Shown: in pieces, positions 1 to 10,302 of the stretch
How positions within the stretch are numbered: position 1 is the stretch's first letter
Layout: every line of letters begins with the position of its first letter
Source: Nitrospirota bacterium
GTDB lineage: Bacteria; Nitrospirota; UBA9217
Assembly (NCBI GenBank): GCA_963737155.1
Contig: CAVTRN010000002.1
Span: forward strand, 2,592,001 to 2,656,000
Length of the DNA: 64,000 bases
Direction: 5' to 3'
Position numbers and translations under genes: made by a program
Notes under the pieces: generated by a model
The model's database searches: none
The model's input: only the letters and a program-made list of their open reading frames with translations
Told to the model about the DNA's origin: nothing

Positions 1-57
1 ACAAACTACAACGCTGATGCTGATAACATACTGGCAGGCATTGGTTATCATTTTTGA
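1..57 (+). CDS. C-terminus of a probable outer-membrane beta-barrel protein (partial, runs off the window)
   Basis: Frame 1 reads TNYNADADNILAGIGYHF*. Alternating hydrophobic residues ending in Y-x-F match the typical BAM beta-signal. Confidence 0.5.
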   Translation, partial: TNYNADADNILAGIGYHF

Positions 58-288
58 ACTCAATTAATGATATGTGAGAAAGGGCTGAAACTCTGCAGCG
101 GTGTGAATTAATTGAATAGTTCTAGTAATAGTTATGTAGCATATGCTGCCTCCAGTAAATATCATGATGCGCTAGTGAGACAAACGGCCGTTTTTTTAAC
201 GGGACCCCCTGCTACGCGACCTTACTGAGGGTTGAATACTGTTAATATTTATATTGTATGATATAATTTTATATTATATATTGTATTT

Positions 289-858
289 ATGAAACTGAGC
301 GTATGGGCAAAGCAACAAGGTATAACCTATCAAGCGGCATGGAAATGGTGGAAGGCCGGCAAGCTGCCGGTTGAGGCTGAGCAGATACCTACCGGAACAA
401 TCATTATAAAAGAGCAGAAAACTGCCCAAGGTTCTGTTGCTCTTTATGCCCGGGTATCCAGTCATGACCAAAAGAAAGACCTGGACGGACAGCTCGGAAG
501 GCTTTCCGCATATGCCGCTTCCAAAGGGTTGTCAGTTTCAAAAGCGGTGTCCGAGGTTGGTTCCGGTCTTAATGGGCACAGGCAAAAACTCATGAAGCTG
601 CTTGCCGACTCCAACGTCAGTATTATTGTCGCCTTGCATCGTGACCGGCTTATGCGGTTTGGATCTGAGTATGTAGAATCGGCACTTCGAGCTCAAGGTC
701 GTCAACTTATTATTGTAGACCAGACCGAGCTAAAGGACGATCTGGTGCTGGACATGATTGAAGTATTGACATCGTTTTGCGCAAGGCTCTACGGACGCCG
801 GTCAGCGACCAATAAAGCAAAAAAAGCTCTGGAGGCCATGGAGAATGGCAAGCAATAA
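289..858 (+). CDS. tnpA: IS607-family transposase (serine recombinase with N-terminal wHTH)
   Basis: N-terminal HTH MKLSVWAKQQGITYQAAWKWWKAGKL, catalytic YARVSS, EVGSGLN, HRDRLMRFG and FCARLYGRRS. Confidence 0.95.
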   Translation: MKLSVWAKQQGITYQAAWKWWKAGKLPVEAEQIPTGTIIIKEQKTAQGSVALYARVSSHDQKKDLDGQLGRLSAYAASKGLSVSKAVSEVGSGLNGHRQKLMKLLADSNVSIIVALHRDRLMRFGSEYVESALRAQGRQLIIVDQTELKDDLVLDMIEVLTSFCARLYGRRSATNKAKKALEAMENGKQ

Positions 859-2533
859 GGATAAAATGGGCAAGAGCGGCAAAAGTGAAGCACTTTCTTT
901 TACCGCTCAAACTTTGCTGATTGACATGTCTTACCTGGACACAAAGAAGTCTCTTTATCATGTTCTTGACGATATCGGCGACTCATACGGGCACATCAAA
1001 CGCTCTCTCTTTAAAGACAGCGTTCGTTCCGGCAACAAACCCATTTCATTCAAAAATGAGTATCTTGTCAGGTATGGTATCACCGCCCGGCAGTTTAACG
1101 CTATCCGCTACGATCTTGACGGCAATATCAGCTCCGCGGTTGAGGTATTGAAACTGCGGGTTGGAAAGCTCGAACAAAAAATAAAATCTGTGCGAAAATG
1201 GATTAAAACCAAAGAGAACAATGTCATTGACATACGCAAAGACAAAAAATTGTCCGGGCATGAGAAAACGCCCAGGGTGAAGTCTCTCCGTTTTGCGGTC
1301 CACAACAAAAAACGGAAGCTCCATTCATCGGAGCAGAAACTGGAAAAGCTGAAGTACGATTTGGACAAAGGCCGAATCAGGATTTGCTTTGGGACAAAGA
1401 AACTTTTCCACAAGCAGTTCAGCCTTTCTGAATACGGTTATAAATCCCACAATAACTGGCTGTCTGCCTGGAAGGCTGCCCGAAGCTCTTCATCGTTTTG
1501 TCTGGGATCGAAGGATGAAACGGCCGGCAACCAGACCTGCACGCTTGGCATCGACGGGTCGCTCAGGATACGGGTCCCAAACTATCTTGCCAAAAAATAC
1601 GGTAAACACATCATGGTGCCTACCGTAACATATCCTTACGGGCAGGAATATATTGAGCAGGCGCTCCTGTGCGGCCAGGCAATCACCCACCGGTTTGTCC
1701 GTGGCGAGAAGGGTTGGTATCTGTATTCTTCAGTTGATATCCCCCAAAGAGAAACAATTACCGGGAAACCGCAAGAAATCGGATGTATTGGCGTAGATGC
1801 AAACGAAAAAGAGATTGCTGTTTCCGAGACTGACCGGTTCGGCAATTTTGTCTGGCACACAACGTATGCTGCATGTATAAAAGACAGAACCACGGAACAG
1901 ACCGAGGCAACTTACGGTGATATCTGCGTCGGCATTATCGACCGGTCAATTAAAACAGGGAAACCCGTCGCTCATGAAACTCTTGACTTCGAAAAGAAGA
2001 AAGCATCTCTTAAGGAACAGGGAGTAACGTATGCGCGGATGCTATCCGGGTTCGCCTATTCCACCTTTTTAAACATGCTTGACCGCAGAGCATTTAAGGC
2101 AGGCGTCGGTGTGCTCTCCGTGAATCCTGCTTACACATCCGTTATCGGCAGAAACAATTATATGTCTATTCATGGCATTTCGCCGCATGAAGCAGCGGCG
2201 CTTGCTATCGCGAGAAGAGTTCAAGGATATTCCGAGTCTCCCATACCAGGCAGAACCGCCTCCCCTCTACCTGTAAGGAATCGAGAGGAGCACGTCTGGA
2301 AGTTTTGGAGCAAGATGAAGACTCGGGGAGGTTGTGGAAATCATCACAGTCTCTACCAACGACGGTCCTTACAGGACTCCCCAGGCTGCGCTGAATTGCA
2401 GAAGAAGCCATCATCCCGTCGACAGCGCAATTCTCCGGGCCACCTGCCAGCAGCAGTCTTGCTGAAAAGGCGCCAGAAGCAATCCCGATCAGCAAACAAC
2501 GGGACTTGGGCGAATCAGGGCGGGAATCCCTGA
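845..2533 (+). CDS. tnpB: TnpB-related RNA-guided nuclease (large subtype without zinc finger)
   Basis: RuvC-I IGVDAN, RuvC-II AHETLDF, VNPAYTS and RuvC-III-like HEAAALAIARR. It overlaps tnpA, and its low-complexity tail runs over the RE. Confidence 0.9.
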   Translation: MASNKDKMGKSGKSEALSFTAQTLLIDMSYLDTKKSLYHVLDDIGDSYGHIKRSLFKDSVRSGNKPISFKNEYLVRYGITARQFNAIRYDLDGNISSAVEVLKLRVGKLEQKIKSVRKWIKTKENNVIDIRKDKKLSGHEKTPRVKSLRFAVHNKKRKLHSSEQKLEKLKYDLDKGRIRICFGTKKLFHKQFSLSEYGYKSHNNWLSAWKAARSSSSFCLGSKDETAGNQTCTLGIDGSLRIRVPNYLAKKYGKHIMVPTVTYPYGQEYIEQALLCGQAITHRFVRGEKGWYLYSSVDIPQRETITGKPQEIGCIGVDANEKEIAVSETDRFGNFVWHTTYAACIKDRTTEQTEATYGDICVGIIDRSIKTGKPVAHETLDFEKKKASLKEQGVTYARMLSGFAYSTFLNMLDRRAFKAGVGVLSVNPAYTSVIGRNNYMSIHGISPHEAAALAIARRVQGYSESPIPGRTASPLPVRNREEHVWKFWSKMKTRGGCGNHHSLYQRRSLQDSPGCAELQKKPSSRRQRNSPGHLPAAVLLKRRQKQSRSANNGTWANQGGNP

Positions 2534-2626
2534 CGTTAACCGGCAGCAGCACTGTTCGGCTGCCGTCATAGTTATGAGAAATAAAATACTATGGTTTTAG
2601 GAACGGTCGTGTCACACGCATGCGCA
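2350..2626 (+). ncRNA. Putative omegaRNA (reRNA) scaffold plus guide of the IS607 TnpB; 5' boundary approximate
   Basis: The right-end region is near-identical between copies and contains hairpins CAGGG-CGGGAAT-CCCTG and GGCAGC...GCTGCC. By analogy with TnpB systems, the guide would be the flank after 2606. Confidence 0.5.
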
Positions 2627-2700
2627 GTTTATAACTTACGTGGCCATCTCTTCATCAGATTTGAGACAAACGTCTTCCGCTCTGCTCCAGAACACCTCTC

Positions 2701-2895
2701 TCAGATATATGCAACAGCTTCAAGCCCTGCCGTACTTTTTCCGTAGCATTGTCTTCTTATGCCTGGTACTAGAACAAGCACGTCCTTTTCAACAGCCAGC
2801 CTCAGGACAACCCGGCCGGAGTGACCCACTGCTGTACGACCAGCATTCTGAATGAGTTTGCACCTAAACGTGGCAATAGCGTGACACGCCCGTGA
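2701..2895 (-). pseudogene. IS1380-family transposase C-terminal remnant
   Basis: Minus strand reads HAIATFRCKLIQNAGRTAVGHSGRVVLRLAV, resembling the IS1380 C-terminal HTIATxRWKLIQVAGRIVRHAGRVVLKL motif. Confidence 0.55.
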
Positions 2896-3381
2896 TGAGC
2901 ACCTCATAGGAAATCTTCTATTTAACTGATTCGTTGAAACGGCTTTTGGGCTGTCACGCTATTTATGCGGTCCTTAATTCAGCAAGAATTGCGAAACTTG
3001 TCAACATCTGCATGAATACCGTATTCGGAATAGTTGAATTGCTCGCGAGCATTTCTAAACAGGATGGCTCGTTTTCCGCTCTTGGGTATCTTCCTGGCTG
3101 GCTGCCATCCATTTCATTGTCGCATGGCGGCAAATCTGGGTAAGGCTTCTACAAAGCGGACATGATAAAGATGACAGCAGGCTTCGAGGCGGAGATTGAA
3201 CATTCTGTTGTCTTTGGGAGTAGTGACGAGTTGGAACTCGTGATGAAAGATGGCATTTTTGCGTTACTGGACATCGTCGATCTAAATATAGCGTATTGAT
3301 GAACAATTGTCTATTTGTTGTTGCTAAGTTCATCCCATGGTTAAAACCAGGGGCTTTCTGTGAATGACTCGTTCGTCTGTA

Positions 3382-4593
3382 CTATGAACTTTGGCCCGTC
3401 TGCTGCGGTGGCTTATATCTGATGAGCCTTAGGAAGTGATCGACGAATTGCGGGTTAAACGAAACGCCGCTCCCCTTGCGAAGGACATCAGCGATCCTTT
3501 CCATCGGAATCGACCCCTGGTAGGTGCGGCTACTTCTCATCGCGTCGAATACATCAGCAATGGACATCATCTGGCTCGTGACGTTCGGGATCCACCCGCC
3601 CTTTATTGTCGGGTACCCGCTGCCATCAAACTTCCGGTGGTGCTCCAAGGCTGCCAAGATCGCCAGTTTCGGAATATCATCGATGCCCATCAGGTACCGG
3701 GCTCCCTTGACCGTATGAGTCTCAATGATTTTACGTTCTTCCGCCGTGAGTACCCCGGGCTTGGATAAAATCTCCTCAGGTACAAAGATTTTACCCACAT
3801 CATGGAGCAAAGAGGCGATCCCGATACTATGGAGATGCTCACCGCTGAAGCCCAAGCTTTCCGCCTGCGCCATGGTCAAGATGCAGACATTGGTTACGTG
3901 AGTAAAGGTATATTCATGGACGGACTTCAGCGTCGCCAGAAGACTCAACGGATTGATTTCTTGCCGGAACCCCTTGATGAATCCTTTCACCATGTCGTCG
4001 ATACCGCGAACATCGATCTTCCGGTGTTTCTTAATAGCAAGATATGTTTCTTTAAGCTCATCAATTTCCGCCGACGTGAGGGCCATCAGTTCCTGCAGGC
4101 CGTCCTCTACCGCCGTGGCACCAGTTCCTACGGTCCCTGACCCGAGATCAGTACCGGCACTACTGATGCTTCGATTTCCGATATCAGAGACGACCCGCAG
4201 TGTAACTTTGCCAAGTTTGATGTACTGGCTCGTACGCACCGAAGCAGTCTCCATCGAGGCCATATCTCTGATCAACTCCTGCACCTCCGTTTTTTGAACC
4301 CCCTTGAGAAAGGAAATCCGTTCAATCGCTTTCTTTCGCAAAACCCGCGTAAAGTTGATCACGTAAGCGCTCCCTGCCTGAAGAGGGCGGCTATCCGCAA
4401 CAAGATCGTCGCCAATGAGCAGGAGTGTTATATCCAATTTAGTCTCCAGAAGCCCCTGGAGAAGATCATAGGCCTTGTCGATGTACTGAGCCACCTGCGG
4501 ATGGGTCGGAGAATAGAGCGTTGTATTCTTCACCGCGGCGGTGAGCTGAGAAATCACCTCAACCAAATCGCGGCGCATGTCGAGTTCAGCCAT
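3382..4593 (-). CDS. HD-GYP domain protein (c-di-GMP phosphodiesterase-like)
   Basis: YTFTHVTNV, LLHDVGK, EHHRKFDGSGYP and IADVFDAM. Confidence 0.9.
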   Translation of the reverse strand: MAELDMRRDLVEVISQLTAAVKNTTLYSPTHPQVAQYIDKAYDLLQGLLETKLDITLLLIGDDLVADSRPLQAGSAYVINFTRVLRKKAIERISFLKGVQKTEVQELIRDMASMETASVRTSQYIKLGKVTLRVVSDIGNRSISSAGTDLGSGTVGTGATAVEDGLQELMALTSAEIDELKETYLAIKKHRKIDVRGIDDMVKGFIKGFRQEINPLSLLATLKSVHEYTFTHVTNVCILTMAQAESLGFSGEHLHSIGIASLLHDVGKIFVPEEILSKPGVLTAEERKIIETHTVKGARYLMGIDDIPKLAILAALEHHRKFDGSGYPTIKGGWIPNVTSQMMSIADVFDAMRSSRTYQGSIPMERIADVLRKGSGVSFNPQFVDHFLRLIRYKPPQQTGQSS

Positions 4594-4610
4594 TCAGATA
4601 TCCTTTTTTT

Positions 4611-6917
4611 TTATTGCCCTTGCTCCACATTGTTACGCTCCATCCATTTTTTGCAACTCTTCCTGATGGAATCGTCGCCGGACCGTTTTCCTATTTGGAG
4701 GAGGCCTGTTATACTCTTGACAGGAAATCTGCCCAGGGATTCAAAAAGTAACTGTTGCATCCTTAGGCGGCGCTGAGGGTAGAGCGTCCGCGCGCGTGCA
4801 AGCCTTTCAAGGTCGCCGATAGCACGCGGATCTCCGATTTTAGCGAGCGCTTTTATGATCTCCTCATTTACCGTATAATCCGTTTCAAAGAGAATGACCC
4901 GTTTTATACGGGAAAGAAGATCGTCCACAGACTCAGTCACACGGAATTGGCCGGCGAGAAATACTGCCTGCGAAGCCACATCGGGGTCCTGGGAATGAAT
5001 AAATTCACGAAGAAAATGTGTTGCATCGGGATCTTTAAATTTGAGCAGTGTCGCCAGTACTTCAATCCTCACTTTTGCATCCTGGTTATTCAGCAAGTAT
5101 TTTATAGACGGTATGGCGTTGGGCGTGCCAGCCCAACGAATTAACTTCACCAAGTTCCGTACGTAAAGGGACCGCGGATCGCGCAAGCGTCTGATAGCCT
5201 CGCGCACAGCATCCTGTCCGAACCGGCAGAGGAGATCAAAGAGGACCCGCCGGCCGCCCGGCGTTGTGTCGATTGCATAGAGATCCATCAATCCTGGGAC
5301 CATCGCCGGTCCGAGTACGTAGAAAAAATTTGCGGCTTCCCGCCCTTTGGTACCCGCCCACCGATCGAATTCCTGGAGCGATTGGTTCATAAATGATGGT
5401 TCGTTAAAAATTTTCAAACAATCAACCGCGATGACGCGGAGATTCTCCGTCGGCTTTTCCATCGCCTGTTTGCGCATCGTCTCAAGAATATCAAGCAGAA
5501 GTATAAAATTGCCTGTTTTCAGAAACTCGGGTACAAGCGTGATCAGTTTGCGCCCGAATTCAAGGTAATCCTCTTCATCAATATTTTCTTCCATAAAGGC
5601 GATTAGCGCCCGGCCGATCTGGAAATCAAGATGATCATCTTCGAGGGTTTTCTCATATTCGTCAATGGGGATCCGTTCGGCCAGAACGCCGGTGGTTTCC
5701 GACAAACGTTTGAGCGTAGCCTGGTAATCTTCGGATACATATTCTTCATATTGTTCCCGGTCAAATAGTTTTGCCATGTGCTCGGGCAGAATATCAAACG
5801 CGAAGTCTTTCTCATCCGCGCCCTCCATTACTCGTTCGCCGGGCTGAAAAGACTGCACACTCTGGGCATGCGCCCGCGTCAGTTTACCGAGCAGTCCTGT
5901 CAGTGTTGGTGATATTTCCTTCCCTTCGGCGCTCGCCTGGCTCAGCATGTCGATCACGATATCATCGGAAAAACCACCCAAAATGTCTTCCTCCCCAATA
6001 GCTATTGTATGGCTGGAGATGCGGCGGAAGGCGACGGAAAGGAACTGTTTGCGGAGTTCGGGGTGCAGATCTTTCAACAGCATATTGAGGTTAGACAGGG
6101 TTGTCGACTGCTCCTGCGAAAGCTGCTTCTTCTCAGCCCGTACACGCACATGTTCAGAAATGATCTGGTCATAGCTCTGGAGCGCGGAGTTAGAATCAAG
6201 CCTTTGTTCATTCAGGAGACGTGCAAGTTCGGCCGGGTCGATGTGCTCCATTTCTGTTAGAGGCAAACCCTTCCCTGACACGGTAAGCGTACCTTCCGTA
6301 AGGTGCGAGATGAAATCCTGCCACAGATCGTGACTGGCCTTCGGTTTGGCAGACTTCTCACCATCAGTGTCTGGACTTCCCTTGCTCTGTGGTCTGAATA
6401 TTTCCTGTTCTTCCGTTACATAGAAGCTCCCGTAATCGATGGCCTGAATCCTGATATGGGAGATACCTGACTCATCCATGACTTTGTTTATCCCACCGGC
6501 AGCGAGGATGTCCTCGGGCTTCGTCGTGATGAAGCGGTGAAATTTCACAAGTTCATTCTTTTCCAGGCCACGGATAAAGGTAACCGATGCAATTGACTGC
6601 TGATTCATGGAGAGTGCAAAATCGCGGTAAACAGGATTTTTCCGGTCAAGGTAATCCTGCCCCACGAGGAGCGTATCCTTGGCAACGCCAAGTGTCATCT
6701 CGGAACGGATATCGAACAGTTTCTGGAGAATATCGTAGGCCCGATCAATACTTTTCGTGATCTGGATATGGCCGGGTGGATAAATCCCCACATTCTTTCG
6801 CGAGATATTCAGTTCAATTACGGCTTCAGACAATAGGCGTGTATCGAGGGGGATTTCCTTTTCGGTCTGAAAAGCAGACAGCGCAGATGTATTTATATTG
6901 TCCTTTTGGTCGGACAT
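4611..6917 (-). CDS. HEAT-repeat-containing protein
   Basis: C-terminal HEAT/PBS-like repeats (LRDPRSLYVRNLVKLI, LNNQDAKVRIEVLATL, IIKALAKIGDPRAIGDL). The N-terminal IYPPGH domain is similar to the N-terminus of the adjacent HD-GYP protein. Confidence 0.8.
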   Translation of the reverse strand: MSDQKDNINTSALSAFQTEKEIPLDTRLLSEAVIELNISRKNVGIYPPGHIQITKSIDRAYDILQKLFDIRSEMTLGVAKDTLLVGQDYLDRKNPVYRDFALSMNQQSIASVTFIRGLEKNELVKFHRFITTKPEDILAAGGINKVMDESGISHIRIQAIDYGSFYVTEEQEIFRPQSKGSPDTDGEKSAKPKASHDLWQDFISHLTEGTLTVSGKGLPLTEMEHIDPAELARLLNEQRLDSNSALQSYDQIISEHVRVRAEKKQLSQEQSTTLSNLNMLLKDLHPELRKQFLSVAFRRISSHTIAIGEEDILGGFSDDIVIDMLSQASAEGKEISPTLTGLLGKLTRAHAQSVQSFQPGERVMEGADEKDFAFDILPEHMAKLFDREQYEEYVSEDYQATLKRLSETTGVLAERIPIDEYEKTLEDDHLDFQIGRALIAFMEENIDEEDYLEFGRKLITLVPEFLKTGNFILLLDILETMRKQAMEKPTENLRVIAVDCLKIFNEPSFMNQSLQEFDRWAGTKGREAANFFYVLGPAMVPGLMDLYAIDTTPGGRRVLFDLLCRFGQDAVREAIRRLRDPRSLYVRNLVKLIRWAGTPNAIPSIKYLLNNQDAKVRIEVLATLLKFKDPDATHFLREFIHSQDPDVASQAVFLAGQFRVTESVDDLLSRIKRVILFETDYTVNEEIIKALAKIGDPRAIGDLERLARARTLYPQRRLRMQQLLFESLGRFPVKSITGLLQIGKRSGDDSIRKSCKKWMERNNVEQGQ

Positions 6918-7429
6918 GATTATATATTATATACATTTTTGCCAATTTTTCCAGTGAAATTGGACGTTTTTTACGTTTTTTATTTTTTTTGAACCGTCTT
7001 AATTTAATCTGACGCTTTGCTGTGCTCTCAGTTCTCCACCTATGATTCAGGATATTTTATTCAGAGCCTCCTCGTCAATTTCGGTGATCTACGCTATAAT
7101 CAAAAGATAGTATAAATTGTAGTCTCTGCACATTGAAAGGATATTTTTTTTGACAGTTCCAATCGATACGGTTGCCTTGACCTGCCGGGGCGAGGCGAAG
7201 TCATTATATTCAGAGTTCTTGACAAAGAAGAGCTGGCTAAATTTTTCGTTCACTTGTCCGCAAACAATGCGATTGCTGAGCCCATACAATCAGGGATTGA
7301 TGGGAAGGGAAAGCCGCTATACCGTTGCACATGTATCTGATTTCGCTAAGGTGCGTCTAGACTATACCACGACAAAGTTACCTGTAGCGGTATTTTCTCC
7401 CTTTCAAAGAAGACTTGGCTGCATTCAAG

Positions 7430-7637
7430 GTAGAGGGCGATGACTGGCAGGGAAGGATCGCGAACTGTGATTGTGTTCTTCCCAAGAGCCAGAACCATGA
7501 CAACATCCAGCACGACCTCAGTGCGCTTGTGGCACGCTATGCTTCACAAGGTGCCAATGACCGAACGATTGAGTTGCTTGCGCAAATGCTCATTCGTTCC
7601 TGTAATCCCTGCATCCTGTTCAGTGCATTATGCGTGA
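7430..7637 (+). pseudogene. [NiFe]-hydrogenase large-subunit C-terminal remnant
   Basis: GRIANCDCVLPKSQN...ELLAQMLIRSCNPCI, then a frameshift to SCSVHYA*. This is a degenerate IRSYDPCISCSVH (L2 motif). Confidence 0.65.
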
Positions 7638-7705
7638 CTGCCTTCTTTTTTCTTGACAACATTTGGGCGTGATGTTAAATTAATTGCCTTGTTACGGAAC
7701 ATTTT

Positions 7706-7781
7706 GGGGCTGTAGCTCAGCTGGGAGAGCACAAGGCTGGCAGTCTTGGGGTCAGGGGTTCGATCCCCCTCAGCTCCACCA
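7706..7781 (+). tRNA. tRNA-Ala (GGC)
   Basis: GGGGCTG acceptor with G3:U70, anticodon loop CTGGCAG, T-loop GTTCGAT and encoded CCA. A TTGACA lies upstream near 7653. Confidence 0.97.
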
Positions 7782-7849
7782 AGTTTTCAAGGGGTTGGTC
7801 ATCATTGACTAACCCTTTTTCATTTGACTGTACCAGTTTTGTACAAGTA

Positions 7850-8010
7850 GGAAGGCTAAGGACCTCATCCATAACGAAAGCGACCTTCTGTAAGTGGGCA
7901 GGGGCAGGATGTGCATACTTCACCGTCATCTTAAGGCTTTTGTGACCAAGCAACCTTGACAGCGTGGCAATATCGATTTGACCGGACATTATAACATGAC
8001 TTGCGTAGGA
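7850..8010 (-). pseudogene. Tyrosine integrase C-terminal remnant
   Basis: IDIATLSRLLGHKSLKMTVKYAH is the box II LLGH...T..Y motif. The N-terminal portion is missing. Confidence 0.8.
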
Positions 8011-8271
8011 TGGACTAAAGCTACTTTCTCTAGTGCCAACATTGCGGCCCGTTTGATTTCACACTCCGGTTTCCTTTCGGGTTATATGCAGCATTTTAAT
8101 GGCTCCAAAGTATTGACATGTCTCCACTCATAAGCCAAATTTATCTTCTATTTTTATTACGTCAAATGCAAAATGAAAAGGTCTGAATCGTCATTGTACT
8201 CATTCCTCATCGTGATACTCCAATTCCGTAGTATCATCTGGTTGAATAAAACAAGGGGAAAATCCTGTAAA

Positions 8272-9885
8272 TTAATACGCCCCAATATCGGGAGTAGAAG
8301 GCACTGGATTTCCCGCAAAGTCCTGAGTAAGCCCCACATTCACACCTGCGCTGATGGCGGGAGAGCCAGCAAAGATGTTAAAGTCAGCAGTCGAGTCATA
8401 AAGGCCGTCAGCGTTTACGAATTCAGGATTGGCTATTATATCTCCAGTCCCTAAATTTACAGCCACAAATGATCCTATGTTATATGTTGCCAAATTATAA
8501 GGGCCATTGTTCCACCAAAGATTATAACTTTCAATTGGTATCATTGATCCTAGATTTGAATTGGCTACTATAAAACCGCCTGCACTATTATTCGCATAAA
8601 TATTATTGATCCATATTGAAGCAGGTGGATACCCGTCTCCCAAGGTTGCATCTGTCTCCAAAACTCCATATCCATTGTTAACGATTGTATTGTTGTAAAA
8701 TACATTTCCTGTCGGAATGGAGGTGTCGAAGCTAAATCCTATTTGATTCCCATAGACTATGTTGTCGTATATTTGACTATTTTTTATAGCAACAGCATTT
8801 ATACCTGCTGTTCTGCCACCAAAAGAATTTGCTCCAGTTGCCACATTATAGCGAACAATACATCTTGTCGACGCGAAGGTAGATAGAGTAGACCCAGAGC
8901 CAGCAGTATCTAATTCTATCCCATCACCATCCGGAGCCGATGTATTGACTCCATTTACATAATTATTCTGAACAATAACTCCTTGCATAAAATCTAATTG
9001 CAGACCGTTTACATTAGGTTGTGATGCGCTTCCTAAATTATTACAAATATTCCCCTGGATGTAACTCTGGGCGGAAACGCTTTTAACTCCGGAATTAATA
9101 GAGATAGCACTTCTTGCTATATTGGTGAATGTATTATTAGCGATATTGACGGCATCTACCGACAATGTGGCTGATGTTAAGCTTATTGGTGTGAAAAAAT
9201 ATACCCCGTTGGCTGCCGTATCGTGAATGGTATTACCTGAAATCGTAATGCCTTTGATTGAATCTGAATCCGAACCATTAAAATAAATTGCGCTATCGGC
9301 GCTGTTGGAAATGTTGTTACCCTCGATATAGATATTTTGAATTGATGGGAAAGAAGCCGAATGATTGGGGGTGATGCTAATAGCATAATTCCTGCTCGTT
9401 CCTGTCATCGTTATCGTACTGTTTAATACGTAAATTCCGTTAGTTGAACCATACGTAGTGATAATGTTTATGGTATTGGCACTTGTTGCATTTAAAGTTA
9501 GATTTTCAATAGTGACGTTGCTCTGACTATTCATATCTAATAGAATAGAACCAGCATAACCATTGATAATAGGATTGGCACCCGAACCATATGACCCTAT
9601 AGTAAAAGGGCCGCTTATTACCCATTCGGGGGCGGCGCTAGACATTGTCCAAGTGCAACCGGACCTAAAATAAACTGGGCCTGATGCTGTCGTAGCCATA
9701 TTTGTTGTCAGCCATGGAGTTGTCGGGCTCGTACCATTATTTGAATCGCTACCGATGGTCACGCAGTTATCTACATAGTAGGTTGTACCAGTGCCAAAAT
9801 CCACGTTCGTTCTTTCCCCTCCGCTACCAGTACAGGCAGCCAGCATTACTGCCGACAAGAGAATTAACACTAATGCTCTCGGCAA
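8272..9885 (-). CDS. Right-handed parallel beta-helix repeat lipoprotein (pectin-lyase-like fold)
   Basis: Lipobox MLAAC, TYYVD...GSDSNNGTSPTTPW, many Asn/Ile-rich PbH1 repeats and a C-terminal PDIGAY motif. Low GC. Confidence 0.85.
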   Translation of the reverse strand: MPRALVLILLSAVMLAACTGSGGERTNVDFGTGTTYYVDNCVTIGSDSNNGTSPTTPWLTTNMATTASGPVYFRSGCTWTMSSAAPEWVISGPFTIGSYGSGANPIINGYAGSILLDMNSQSNVTIENLTLNATSANTINIITTYGSTNGIYVLNSTITMTGTSRNYAISITPNHSASFPSIQNIYIEGNNISNSADSAIYFNGSDSDSIKGITISGNTIHDTAANGVYFFTPISLTSATLSVDAVNIANNTFTNIARSAISINSGVKSVSAQSYIQGNICNNLGSASQPNVNGLQLDFMQGVIVQNNYVNGVNTSAPDGDGIELDTAGSGSTLSTFASTRCIVRYNVATGANSFGGRTAGINAVAIKNSQIYDNIVYGNQIGFSFDTSIPTGNVFYNNTIVNNGYGVLETDATLGDGYPPASIWINNIYANNSAGGFIVANSNLGSMIPIESYNLWWNNGPYNLATYNIGSFVAVNLGTGDIIANPEFVNADGLYDSTADFNIFAGSPAISAGVNVGLTQDFAGNPVPSTPDIGAY

Positions 9886-10302
9886 TTTATTCGTAATATG
9901 TCTCCTTTTGCGTAATTACAGTGTGTTTGTTATCAAAGCGTGGAGTGAAAAAAGCAATATGTGAAGTCTTCAATTTCAGAAGAAAAAACTGTCGCGAGTT
10001 TCAGGAAGAACTATTTGACTAAACAATTTTATCACAAGGACATATGCCATGCAGTATTTATTTGGCAGTAGCTGCAGTTGGAATATGCGCTAAATCCCGA
10101 AAAATTTCAAGTCGCGCCAACCCGGTAATAAATAATCCGACGCACGACTAAAGGCATCATGGGGCGGCATTACTCAGCTGAATATTGGAGAAAATTGAGG
10201 CTATGAAGAGAATGGCTGGTGGATCGTTCCATCACCCGCTGGTCGTGCTGAAAAAGAGGTTATAGGGGACATGTTTTAAAAGGAACTACTTGTCCGACAA
10301 TA

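Larger units (their letters stand above)
230..2606 (+). mobile_element. IS607-family element (tnpA serine recombinase + tnpB), apparently complete
   Basis: Ends are defined by identity with the copy at 15490-17174. LE is (AG)GG-TTGAATACT and RE is GGTTTTAGGAAC-GG. There is a GG dinucleotide at both ends, no TIR or TSD, and short ATATTGTAT direct repeats in the LE. Confidence 0.9.

Noticed and set aside
2560-2700. CRISPR array next to TnpB (Cas12-like system)
   Set aside because: No regularly spaced repeats lie next to either tnpB copy or elsewhere in the window.
2608-2888. CGTGTCAC/GTGACACG inverted repeat right after the IS607 RE, as possible MITE ends
   Set aside because: It is only 8 bp, the distal copy is explained by the coding sequence of the IS1380 remnant, and there is no TSD.
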